Shown one piece after another: positions 53,587 to 61,960 of a stretch of 64,000 nt of DNA. Every line of letters begins with the position of its first letter. Within the stretch, counting starts at the first letter, position 1. A program made the translations under genes and the position numbers. Under the pieces are notes generated by a model, which was not told the origin of the DNA, ran no database searches, and worked only from the letters and a program-made list of their open reading frames with translations. The DNA lies in NCBI GenBank assembly GCA_052279835.1, contig CP181291.1, positions 3,776,001 to 3,840,000 of the forward strand, written 5' to 3'. The stretch comes from Microcoleus sp. (GTDB lineage: Bacteria; Cyanobacteriota; Cyanobacteriia; Cyanobacteriales; Microcoleaceae).

Positions 53587-53848
53587 TCAATAACTAGCCA
53601 GATCAATAAGGATAACCTCAGAAGGGCACTCGCCGGACAACCTGTTTCTGCTATCTTCAGTTCAGTTGATTTAACTATTGACAATTAAACTTTTTTATGG
53701 TATTGCCATCGAAAAATTGTCCCATGATGGTCGATCGGGGTCAACAGATTGGGAATTGGGGATTGTCCTGAGTCAAATCATAGTCACAGAGCTCGATAAT
53801 GACCCAAAAATTGGTTAACCACCGCGTGTGGAGGCACACAATAATTGA

Positions 53849-53924
53849 AAACAGTTGTTGTGTAAAGGTTTTAGTTAACGGGTACGGTAGGACTCGAACC
53901 TACGGCTCGCTGCTTAGAAGGCAG
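53849..53924. repeat. att direct repeat (displaced 3' part of tRNA-Arg plus 30 nt downstream)
   Basis: Identical to 61857-61932. Confidence 0.95.
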
Positions 53925-53994
53925 TAATGTCAAACTCTTGAATCGTTTTATACATAAGCCTTTCAACCTTTGGTTACACAAAACCAAACCAAGA

Positions 53995-54015
53995 TGCACA
54001 ACAATTGCACAACAA
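53995..54015 (+). promoter_or_regulatory. Putative integrase arm-type sites (2 x TGCACAACAA)
   Basis: The same 10-mer is repeated at the other end of the element. Confidence 0.65.
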
Positions 54016-54052
54016 TTTGATATTGTAAGTCTGTAGAGTTGAGGGCGCAATC

Positions 54053-55264
54053 GTGCAAATAAACCAATCTCAGCGTCGGAGAAAGGGGACTGTAGGAGTG
54101 ATGGCAAGCCGAGGTATGCTACGTCTTCATTTGCCCCGCGAGCTTTATTCCGGTAAAAATACGTTTCTGTATATCGGTCTGGCGGACACTTTGGAAAACC
54201 GGGCGATCGCAGAATGCAAGGCTAAGCAGATTGAGTTTGACATCCTTGCAGGGATATTTGACCCAAACGATTTAAGCAAATACAAGCCTGTTCAACCCCA
54301 CAAACACAGCAATCTGGTACAGGCTAAATTTGGGACAACAACAGGTCTGACACTGCAAGATTTGTGGGACAAGTATTTAAACTACAAGCAGGACACGCTC
54401 AAGCCAAAGTCTTTGCACTACTTGCAGACTACGTTGGGGCGACACATAGCCAAGTGTCCTTCGGATATTCTGCAATCGCTAGAAGTTCGCGAAGTTCTTT
54501 TAGGGACAACAACGGGGGACATGACTAAACGCATCCTCACCCATTTAAATGCTGCTGTTAATTGGGGTATCAAGTACAGGTTAATTACTTTGCCTGTTAG
54601 TCCCTACAAAGATATGGCTAATGACTTACCTAAGTACAACTGGCAGAGTGACCCTACTCCTAATGCTTTTGTCACTGAAGAAAAACTGCTGGTGCTACAA
54701 GCTTTCGAGTCTCACAAAAATAAGCCCGGACGCTGTTACAACACATACTACCCATTGGTAAAATTTTGGTTTTTAACGGGTTGCCGTCCTAGCGAGGCTA
54801 TTGGTTTGACTTGGGGAAATATCTCGCCAGACTGTTCTTACGTTTTGTTTAACGGCAGTATTCAGTTCATTGAGGGGAAAGCTGTTCAGAGTAAGGGCAG
54901 TAAAAATAACAAACACCGAAAATTCCCTTGTAATAATGAGTTGAAAGAGTTTTTAGTGTCAATTAAGCCACAACAGTTTGATTCTAAAGAATTGGTTTTT
55001 TCTTCTCCATCTGGGGAGGCAATCAACTACAGCAATTTTTCTCAAAGAGCTTGGCATAAAATAGTTGTGCCTATCACTGACAAGACGCGGGAACCTGGTT
55101 ACAAACCTACTACTCCCTATTCTTGTCGGGATACTTTTATTAGCGAACAATTGGCGCAAGGTATTCCATCTGCGGTTATTGCTCGCTGGTGTGATACGTC
55201 GGAAAGTATTATTAATTCCCACTATTTAGACAATAAGGTATTGGAGCATTTACGCCCCCTTTGA
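54053..55264 (+). CDS. Tyrosine integrase with an N-terminal arm-DNA-binding (DUF3596-like) domain
   Basis: LADTLENRAIA...IEFDI arm domain; TGCRPSE, PYSCRDTF and C-terminal HY catalytic residues; adjacent to att. Confidence 0.92.
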   Translation: MQINQSQRRRKGTVGVMASRGMLRLHLPRELYSGKNTFLYIGLADTLENRAIAECKAKQIEFDILAGIFDPNDLSKYKPVQPHKHSNLVQAKFGTTTGLTLQDLWDKYLNYKQDTLKPKSLHYLQTTLGRHIAKCPSDILQSLEVREVLLGTTTGDMTKRILTHLNAAVNWGIKYRLITLPVSPYKDMANDLPKYNWQSDPTPNAFVTEEKLLVLQAFESHKNKPGRCYNTYYPLVKFWFLTGCRPSEAIGLTWGNISPDCSYVLFNGSIQFIEGKAVQSKGSKNNKHRKFPCNNELKEFLVSIKPQQFDSKELVFSSPSGEAINYSNFSQRAWHKIVVPITDKTREPGYKPTTPYSCRDTFISEQLAQGIPSAVIARWCDTSESIINSHYLDNKVLEHLRPL

Positions 55265-55528
55265 TACTGTTAATATGTTGATTCTCTGGGCAACTTTTGC
55301 GACACTAAACTTTACAACCGAACTGTTGACAGTTTGCTGGGAAGCTGCGATCGTATGTAACTAAGGAAGATTGATGCGCGACTGATTAGCACTTGCAATG
55401 CTAGCCAAGTCACGACTTCCCCAAATCGTTCATTCACAACGTTTGGAGCCTAAATATAATGCCACATTCAGCCGATTGTCCCAATGGACGATCGCAACTC
55501 TTAATGATTGAGTTGGCGGGGTTTTGCC

Positions 55529-56032
55529 ATGACTGAACCCCCCATCAGCCACCGTCGCATTGACAAGCTCAAAGCGATCGCCTACGACCGCGGTTTCACC
55601 AATGAAGATGCCAAACAGTTCGGGAAACTCAGCAAAACTGCTACATGGGAAGCACTGCTAGAACTGTACCTAGTTGACGGTGAATCCCTTGAGACGGCGA
55701 CTGTAGACAGTGTAGACACCAATAAAGTTGCAAGTGTAGACAGTGTAGACAAAACATCTGAACCGCTTGACTTACAAGCTGTAGACAGTGTAGACACCTT
55801 TGATTGGACTAATGACGGTTCCTTTCCCGTCTGCAACTTTACCCGCCAGAATTCCACTTTCTTTGACTGGGTTGATTTTGGGCAACTCATCGCACTTGTA
55901 CTCGCTTCTGTGGGGGTATTTGTGCTGGCTATGTCCATGTGGCGACAAATTAACCCGCTCAATCTATTCCCTAAAATCCGCATCAACATTCAAATAGGAG
56001 CCGAATATGGGACGCATGAACAAAATCTTTAA
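55529..56032 (+). CDS. Element hypothetical protein with VDSVD repeats and a C-terminal TM helix
   Basis: ATG at 55529; first gene of an overlapping four-gene run. Confidence 0.7.
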   Translation: MTEPPISHRRIDKLKAIAYDRGFTNEDAKQFGKLSKTATWEALLELYLVDGESLETATVDSVDTNKVASVDSVDKTSEPLDLQAVDSVDTFDWTNDGSFPVCNFTRQNSTFFDWVDFGQLIALVLASVGVFVLAMSMWRQINPLNLFPKIRINIQIGAEYGTHEQNL

Positions 56033-56510
56033 AAACGACGAGAAATCGGGCGGTTTAGCTCATGGTAGCCACGCTATTAACCATTCCACCGTTTTAGCCC
56101 CAACCAGTGCCGACGCAATCAGTCCGCTAAATCCGGGCAAGTTCGTAGCAAGTGAACGCTCAGTCCCCATCATCGAAAAACCCCGTTACTTCACAGAAGA
56201 AGAAGCCGACGCGATGAAGACGCTGGCAAAGGAGAAAACTGAGGGTGCGCGTCACGCCAAACGGGCTTATGAAGCTGCTGGCAAGATTGAAGAAGCCGAT
56301 GCCAAAGTCCATAAACACCACCGCAAGTATGAGGGCGTGGTTGCCGACAACGAACTCGTAAAAAAGCGCGCCGACGCACGTCTAGGTAAACACTTGCACG
56401 GATTGCGTCCTGCTTACGCTCGATTGGGCATGGGCTTGGAGCAAGCTGCTAATAATGCCGAAAGTCGCATCGGTGAAATTAAAGCCAAGCTGCAAGGGTT
56501 AAAACCATGA
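56007..56510 (+). CDS. Element hypothetical coiled-coil protein
   Basis: AGGAG RBS; Ala/Lys/Glu-rich helical C-half. Confidence 0.75.
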   Translation: MGRMNKIFKNDEKSGGLAHGSHAINHSTVLAPTSADAISPLNPGKFVASERSVPIIEKPRYFTEEEADAMKTLAKEKTEGARHAKRAYEAAGKIEEADAKVHKHHRKYEGVVADNELVKKRADARLGKHLHGLRPAYARLGMGLEQAANNAESRIGEIKAKLQGLKP

Positions 56511-56776
56511 GCAGAGCGATCGCACTTTTCAACACTTTTGTGAGTTGTGCGATCGCTTCCAGTTTCCTCTGCTGGATAGCGTCGCTCAATTCTGGGTTAC
56601 AGGTTTTGGTAAGAGCCTTGTACCTAGTCGTAGTCCTGTGCTGGGTTCTAGGTTGGATACTAGACGACTGGCTGTGCTTGAAATTCCGCATCACACTCCT
56701 AGACCTGCAAGGGATTTTGGTTGCAGGTATAGCCGCTGTTTTATTCGGCTTGGGGGTGATGTTATGCAGATTCTGA
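56507..56776 (+). CDS. Element small membrane protein (about 3 TM)
   Basis: ATGA overlap with the previous gene; very hydrophobic 89 aa. Confidence 0.65.
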   Translation: MSRAIALFNTFVSCAIASSFLCWIASLNSGLQVLVRALYLVVVLCWVLGWILDDWLCLKFRITLLDLQGILVAGIAAVLFGLGVMLCRF

Positions 56777-57318
56777 AGGTTTGCGCGTTAACAACCTCTG
56801 GGTTAATTCTTTGGCTAGCACCGCCGTTCACCCTCAGCCGTAAAATCCCTTTGCACAATATGACCACAGGCTTAGCCTTGATAGGTAGCTTTGCTTGCTG
56901 CTTTGAAGCCCGAAGAGTTGCTCTAAAACTTAGTCAGGCCGAAGACTTTGAGGCAATGAAAGAAGCGGTCATCGTGGCTGATACTGTGGATGAATTGGCA
57001 ACTTCTGCTTATATATCTGAGCAACAGAGACGGATAGAGGCTGAGTCTATCCTAAACGCGACGGATTCTGAGCAAGTGGAACACCTAGAACGCTCTCTAG
57101 CCCTAAGTCACAGCGAAGAGGACGGGCTAGGTTCTGAACGTTCCGTACAACTAGCTGAGAACGCCGATTCAGAACTTTTAGAACAGATTCTGGAACTAAA
57201 GGCCAAGGGCTATGGCAAGGCAAAAATCATCCTTGAGTTGTGGGGCGCAACCAAAGGTGGTAGTCCAAGGTACAAAGCTGCTGAGGCTGAGTATAAACGT
57301 TTAGTAGGTGGATTGTAG
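56764..57318 (+). CDS. Element protein with 2 N-terminal TM helices and a C-terminal HTH-like domain
   Basis: ATG at 56764; C-terminus LKAKGYGKAKIILELWGATKGGSPRYKAAEAEYKRL. Confidence 0.7.
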   Translation: MQILKVCALTTSGLILWLAPPFTLSRKIPLHNMTTGLALIGSFACCFEARRVALKLSQAEDFEAMKEAVIVADTVDELATSAYISEQQRRIEAESILNATDSEQVEHLERSLALSHSEEDGLGSERSVQLAENADSELLEQILELKAKGYGKAKIILELWGATKGGSPRYKAAEAEYKRLVGGL

Positions 57319-58166
57319 ACAATTGTAGACACGAGAAAGTTTGAAACGTGGGCTGGGGGGGGAGCCGGTCTATGGCCCGCCCCCCCAGCCGCGACACTCA
57401 GAATTTTGGGCGCCGCAGGCAACCGGGATGAGTAACACCCGGTACACAGTAAAGAAAATAGAAAAAGTTAGGAAGCTAGAACCTATGGAGGTAGGTGGAT
57501 GCAGGCAATTTTGATTTCGTAACTTAATCAATTAAAAATTTGATTGTGTAACAAAATCATGGCAAAAAGTAGAACTCATAAAGGTGGTTTGCGTCCCAGG
57601 TCTAGCAACTGGCAAAAATTTCGAGTGGCGGGCGTTCTTTGGGTAACTCGTTGGGTAACTGCAAAAACTTTGGGAACGTCCGACGCCGAAATTTAACGCA
57701 GTGGTTGCCAGTTGCGGTTGGGCAAGTTGTAGGATTTAAATTGGTGGAGCTCTAGCCTTGAGCAATTGAGGTGCATCCGGTAGGCAGCCCATCAAATAGC
57801 TTTGATTAGAGAAAGAGTAGGCGTGATTTGTTGTTCGGTCGATGGCGACGAATGAATCCGGGAATCTCCCAAAGTAGGTTGCTAGGAGGGGCGGGTTAAG
57901 ACCCGATAGACAGGCAGTACCGTGACAAGACTGCGCGTGCATACGACCCACCAAAAAGTAAGCTGGACTCTCATTTGCACGAGTTGACTGGCTTTTTATC
58001 GCAAAACGTATTTCTTTGATACGTGGTTTCGGCGATACAAGCTGGTTCCATTTAAGCTTTGAATTTTTTAAAAACCAAGTAAACGCCAAAAAACCGCTGC
58101 ATTCAATTGGAACCTGGATAACAGCGGTCTTTGGCACTAAACCCGCTTTTTAGGGCGGACTACATC

Positions 58167-60959
58167 ATGAGTACATCATACCCCACCGGGGAAAATTTCG
58201 CATTCCAAAATTCAACTTTTATCAACCCAAAGCACCTTACAGAGTGGGTTGAAGGTTCAGTCGTATCAGAAGCGATCGCACGTCTCAACATCGAATCGCT
58301 AACCGCCAAAGAACTCAACGAGCGCATCCAGCCCAAAGACCCCATCAAAACTGATGGTTGGTGGTGTCGCGGTGTTAATTGGCGGACTGGTGCACGCATG
58401 GGTAACTGTTACGGACAGGGCAAACCAGACAAGCCACATCAACCAGAAGGCTCTAAACCACGCAAGTATCTCACAACGAGTGGCGGTGAACCCGATGCCA
58501 TCTTTCTCTCAATGCCAGACAGACATTACTGGAATAAGGCTTGGAACGACAAGTCCATACCACGTCATTGGACGGAAGGAGCCAAAAAAGCTGGTGCTGG
58601 TTTGAGTCTTGAACTTGCCGTCATTGCGCTTACAGGGGTATGGAATTGGGGCAAAGACGGGGAACTAGCGCCCTTTGTCAAGGAGTGGGCACAGCCTGGA
58701 ACTATCCACTACATAGACTTTGACTCCGACTATGCCAGCAACCCATCTTGCCGTACAGCCATTTTGAAGTTTGGTCGCTTGCTAGAGGAGTGTGGATGCG
58801 AAGTACACATCACAGTTTGGGACAGTCAGTTTAAGGGCATGGATGACTTCATCAAAGCTAAGGGTGGTGATGCTTTCAAAGAGGCTGTAACCAGCGCACC
58901 AACTTTAGCCAAGTGGGAAAAAGAGCTCAAAAAAAGCGATCGCAAAATTGACTCTTTAAACCCTAATAATTCTCTAACTCCTCACCCGCGCACGCGAGAA
59001 GATGTAGTATGTTTGTCGTCTAAAAGTAGTATAAATGACTACATTCCAGACACAGCGCCGACTCCAGAGCTTAACTACGCACAAAAAGCCATTGAAGCGT
59101 TGTATTCAGGCACGCATTGGGTGTCGATAGGGGGACAACTTTTTGAGTTCACCGGCACTCATTATGAGTTGAGGCCTGAAGCCACTGAGAGGCGACGTAT
59201 CCTGCACTGGCTGAGTACCTACTCTGAGTATGTGAAAGGGAAATACCGTTGCAACCGCGCCAATTCTGCCAGCGTCAATGAGGTTTATAACTATATGGTT
59301 TTGGCTGTGGCAGTTGACCCCAATACGATTAACCCAGATGGCTTGAACTGTGCCAACGGAGTTGTGAAGGTCAATTCAGACGGCTCTCACTCGCTTGTGC
59401 CACATGACCCTAGCCATGTCTACACATATGTTGGCTGCAAGTATGACCCCGACATTGATGTGACGGATTGCGATCGCCTTTTGGAGTGTTTGGAGCCGTC
59501 GCAGCGAGAGATTTTTCTGCGGACTGCTGCTGCTGCACTCAACCTAAAACTTGTGCGCTCAAAGTTGACGGGGCGGGGAGTGAAAGGTTTGTTGTGCTTC
59601 GGTGAGGGGTCTAATGGTAAGGACACGCTGCGGGCTGCGTTGGCCACTGTGTTTGGGCGGGGTATGACCGGAAAGTCGCTGTCAGATTTCAAGTCCTACG
59701 ACAATGGCCGCAAGTTTTCCCTAGCAGGAGTTGAGGGGAGTATTTGCAATTGGGCTTCTGAAAACACGGCAAAGGTAGACTTAGACACTATTCAAAGTCT
59801 GAAGCAGTTAATCACGGGAGACCCTCTAGATATTGAGCGCAAGGGTAAGGATAGCTATGAGTACAAGCCTGCTGCAATTTTCTTTGCCAACTGCAACAAA
59901 CTACCGTCTATCACTGGGGGAACGGCTGCGATTGATGACCGCTACGGCATCTTGAGCTTTAAGAAAACTTACAAGTACAACGCTGACCCGTCTCAGGGAG
60001 AGTTAGAGGCTGACCCGCGCTTTAAGGATGATGAGAACTTTATTCTGGAACGGATTGCGCCGGCGATGCTTAACAAGATGTTGGAGCGGTTGTCACCGTT
60101 GTTGACTGAGGGGATTGATTACAAGGCAACTCATGAGGCTATGCGGGAAGCTCAGGAGGAAAGTCGGCACTTGTGGCAATTTGCGCGCGAGGTTGGTTTG
60201 GAGGTTCAGGCTGGTGGACGTATTTGGGTTAAAGATTTGTGGGAGCGATTGCAAGCTTGGTATGAGGATGCAGGGATTCTAGAGAGAGACGCTAGCGGCA
60301 CCAAGGAGAAGTTGATTTGGAATGAACTTTCAAGTAAATATGATGCTCCTGTAAAAGCTATAAACCAGTTGTCGTCAAGGCTTAGCGAGATTTTCCCTAA
60401 GCTTCAAGTGTGTAAGTATCTTGAGCGTGATGAAATGGAGCGAAGAGGACAAAGATATTTACTTGGAATTGGATTTGTGCAAGGTTGCCCAAAAACTGTA
60501 AAAACATCGGTTCCATCGGTTCCAGTAGATGCAGTAAGGGATACAGCGGTTCCATCGTCGGTTCCAAAAAATACTGGAACCAACGATGGAACCGCACAAA
60601 CCCTTATACAGAGCGGTGGAACCGATGGAACCGATGTTTCCTCACCTTTTAGTCAGGTTTGCAATTTACTCTCCAAACTCACCGATGATGAACGGCAAAA
60701 ACTGGTAGAAATACTAACCCAACCTCAACCTCAGCCTCAGCCGGAACAGCCAACACCTCCAACACAGCCCAAGCGCGTAACCCTCAAAAAAGGTGTGCGA
60801 GTCCGCTATGTGGGTGACGACGCTGGCTGTGTAGCACAGTACGGAAAACTTGACCTTGTGGTCGATGAGGTTAAAAACCATTACGTTTGTTGTCTGAAGC
60901 CTGACGGCAGTTTTACGACTTGGTTCAACCCCCAAGACTTAAGGGTGATTCCTGACTAG
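58167..60959 (+). CDS. P4-type primase-helicase (DUF3854/TOPRIM-like primase plus D5-like SF3 helicase)
   Basis: TEGAKKA, IALTGVWNW, DFDSD and KGMDDF in the primase part; NCANG, Walker A GEGSNGKDT, LKQLITGD and FANCNKLP in the helicase part. Confidence 0.9.
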   Translation: MSTSYPTGENFAFQNSTFINPKHLTEWVEGSVVSEAIARLNIESLTAKELNERIQPKDPIKTDGWWCRGVNWRTGARMGNCYGQGKPDKPHQPEGSKPRKYLTTSGGEPDAIFLSMPDRHYWNKAWNDKSIPRHWTEGAKKAGAGLSLELAVIALTGVWNWGKDGELAPFVKEWAQPGTIHYIDFDSDYASNPSCRTAILKFGRLLEECGCEVHITVWDSQFKGMDDFIKAKGGDAFKEAVTSAPTLAKWEKELKKSDRKIDSLNPNNSLTPHPRTREDVVCLSSKSSINDYIPDTAPTPELNYAQKAIEALYSGTHWVSIGGQLFEFTGTHYELRPEATERRRILHWLSTYSEYVKGKYRCNRANSASVNEVYNYMVLAVAVDPNTINPDGLNCANGVVKVNSDGSHSLVPHDPSHVYTYVGCKYDPDIDVTDCDRLLECLEPSQREIFLRTAAAALNLKLVRSKLTGRGVKGLLCFGEGSNGKDTLRAALATVFGRGMTGKSLSDFKSYDNGRKFSLAGVEGSICNWASENTAKVDLDTIQSLKQLITGDPLDIERKGKDSYEYKPAAIFFANCNKLPSITGGTAAIDDRYGILSFKKTYKYNADPSQGELEADPRFKDDENFILERIAPAMLNKMLERLSPLLTEGIDYKATHEAMREAQEESRHLWQFAREVGLEVQAGGRIWVKDLWERLQAWYEDAGILERDASGTKEKLIWNELSSKYDAPVKAINQLSSRLSEIFPKLQVCKYLERDEMERRGQRYLLGIGFVQGCPKTVKTSVPSVPVDAVRDTAVPSSVPKNTGTNDGTAQTLIQSGGTDGTDVSSPFSQVCNLLSKLTDDERQKLVEILTQPQPQPQPEQPTPPTQPKRVTLKKGVRVRYVGDDAGCVAQYGKLDLVVDEVKNHYVCCLKPDGSFTTWFNPQDLRVIPD
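60502..60639. repeat. 138-bp palindrome of eight CGGTTCCA-type octamers inside the primase gene (putative ori)
   Basis: Perfect 23-bp outer arms, 21-bp inner arms with 1 mismatch, 8-nt AT-rich centre. Confidence 0.8.
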
Positions 60960-60990
60960 GAAATGACCAAGGACTGACGGCTAGAATCTT

Positions 60991-61013
60991 ATCCCTCGAC
61001 CTTGGGGGATTTT
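60991..61013 (+). terminator. Possible intrinsic terminator after the primase gene
   Basis: ATCCC...GGGAT stem followed by a T run. Confidence 0.45.
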
Positions 61014-61015
61014 CG

Positions 61016-61099
61016 TGTCTACAATCTTTGTAGACAATCTGTTGACATTGTAGACACCTACCTGTTACTGTAGACAAAAGCTGTATACAGGTGTCTACA
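61016..61099 (+). promoter_or_regulatory. Promoter region overlaid by seven TGTnnACA boxes
   Basis: TTGACA at 61042, candidate TG-n-TACTGT -10 at 61066; boxes at 61016, 61029, 61040, 61049, 61069, 61082 and 61092. Confidence 0.6.
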
Positions 61100-61384
61100 A
61101 TGAGTCAGAGTCAAGTTGTATCCTTCAGAGCATCCGGTCACTTTCTTAACTGGATAGAAGCCCAAAGGCTAGAGGGTGAATCGGTAAGTCAAGCTGCACA
61201 ACGTATTCTCAAGGAAGTCTCTGGTTTGTCTACAGTGTCTACAAATTTGTCTACGCGAAACGATGATAGCGTCGTGTCTACAAATATTGTAGACACTGTA
61301 GACAAGGTTGTTAGCTCACGTCTTGACCCTGTGATGGAACGGATGGCTTCTATTGAGGAACGGCTGGGAAAATTGAGTGCCTGA
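61100..61384 (+). CDS. Small ribbon-helix-helix-like DNA-binding protein
   Basis: VVSFRAS..FLNWIE....ESVSQAAQRILKE fits a beta-helix-helix pattern; ends in a -1 frameshift-like signal. Confidence 0.65.
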   Translation: MSQSQVVSFRASGHFLNWIEAQRLEGESVSQAAQRILKEVSGLSTVSTNLSTRNDDSVVSTNIVDTVDKVVSSRLDPVMERMASIEERLGKLSA

Positions 61385-61387
61385 GCG

Positions 61388-61693
61388 ATGGCAACGATGA
61401 ATCGCTCAGGCAAGAAACTGAAAGTAGCCAACAAGCAACTTGCAGAATGGGATGCGGAACTGAATCAGTTACACGAGCGCAACGGCGACTTGGGCTTGAA
61501 GGTTCAGATGTTGGAGGAAGAGCTTAAGAGGATGACGAGCGATCGGGGAGAAAATAGAAATTCGGTTCCGACCGTCGCAGAATTCCCAGAGCCGGCCGAC
61601 TTGCTCAACCAACTCAAGGCGCGACGCAAAAAGTCTAAGGCTGACTTGACCGACGTGGAGACGTTCTTAGAAATACTTGGCTTGGAGAGTTGA
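61388..61693 (+). CDS. Coiled-coil protein, possibly the frameshift extension of the upstream gene
   Basis: Heptad-rich; C-terminus PEPADLLNQLKARRKKSKADL; its ATG lies within a 12-bp stem. Confidence 0.6.
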   Translation: MATMNRSGKKLKVANKQLAEWDAELNQLHERNGDLGLKVQMLEEELKRMTSDRGENRNSVPTVAEFPEPADLLNQLKARRKKSKADLTDVETFLEILGLES

Positions 61694-61743
61694 CCTGTGT
61701 CTACCGACAGGATGCCGGGATACTACCTGACCCAGATAGGCGG

Positions 61744-61802
61744 TGTTGTGCATTTGTTGTGCGAAACAAATGCACAACAAATGCACAACAAATGCACAAC
61801 AA
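61744..61802. promoter_or_regulatory. Putative integrase arm-type sites (3 direct TGCACAACAA plus 2 inverted partial copies)
   Basis: Direct copies at 61771, 61782 and 61793; inverted copies at 61744 and 61754. Confidence 0.65.
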
Positions 61803-61818
61803 ACGCATAACAAATAAG

Positions 61819-61860
61819 GTTTGAGCCGCTCTCTACTTTTCGGCAAAGAACGGCTCAAAC
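61819..61860 (-). terminator. Element-supplied terminator hairpin downstream of the tRNA
   Basis: GTTTGAGCCG/CGGCTCAAAC 10-bp stem, followed by a T-rich tract on the minus strand. Confidence 0.6.
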
Positions 61861-61932
61861 AGTTGTTGTGTAAAGGTTTTAGTTAACGGGTACGGTAGGA
61901 CTCGAACCTACGGCTCGCTGCTTAGAAGGCAG
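61857..61932. repeat. att direct repeat (regenerates the tRNA 3' part)
   Basis: Identical to 53849-53924. Confidence 0.95.
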
Positions 61933-61960
61933 CTACTCTATCCACCTGAGTTACGCACCC
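61887..61960 (-). tRNA. trnR: tRNA-Arg(UCU)
   Basis: 74 nt; acceptor GGGTGCG/CGTACCC; anticodon arm GCTGC-CTTCTAA-GCAGC; T arm GTTCGAG; CCA not encoded. Confidence 0.96.

Larger units (their letters stand above)
53849..61932. mobile_element. Integrative element (8,008 bp) inserted in tRNA-Arg(UCU)
   Basis: Exact 76-bp direct repeats; integrase and primase-helicase inside. Confidence 0.93.

Noticed and set aside
53879..53924. Second tRNA-Arg gene
   Set aside because: Only the 3' 46 nt are present; it is the att duplicate.
57736..58137. 133-aa minus-strand ORF in the element
   Set aside because: Opposite to all other element genes, no motif and atypical composition; not supportable, though not excluded.
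61382..61384. TGA readthrough or selenocysteine joining the in-frame ORFs 61100 and 61388
   Set aside because: Formally possible because the frames match, but the slippery heptamer and stem spacing fit -1 frameshifting better, and there is no redox-motif context.
53849..61932. Complete prophage or classical ICE
   Set aside because: No terminase, capsid, tail, lysis, relaxase or VirB4/VirD4 genes were recognised in 8 kb.
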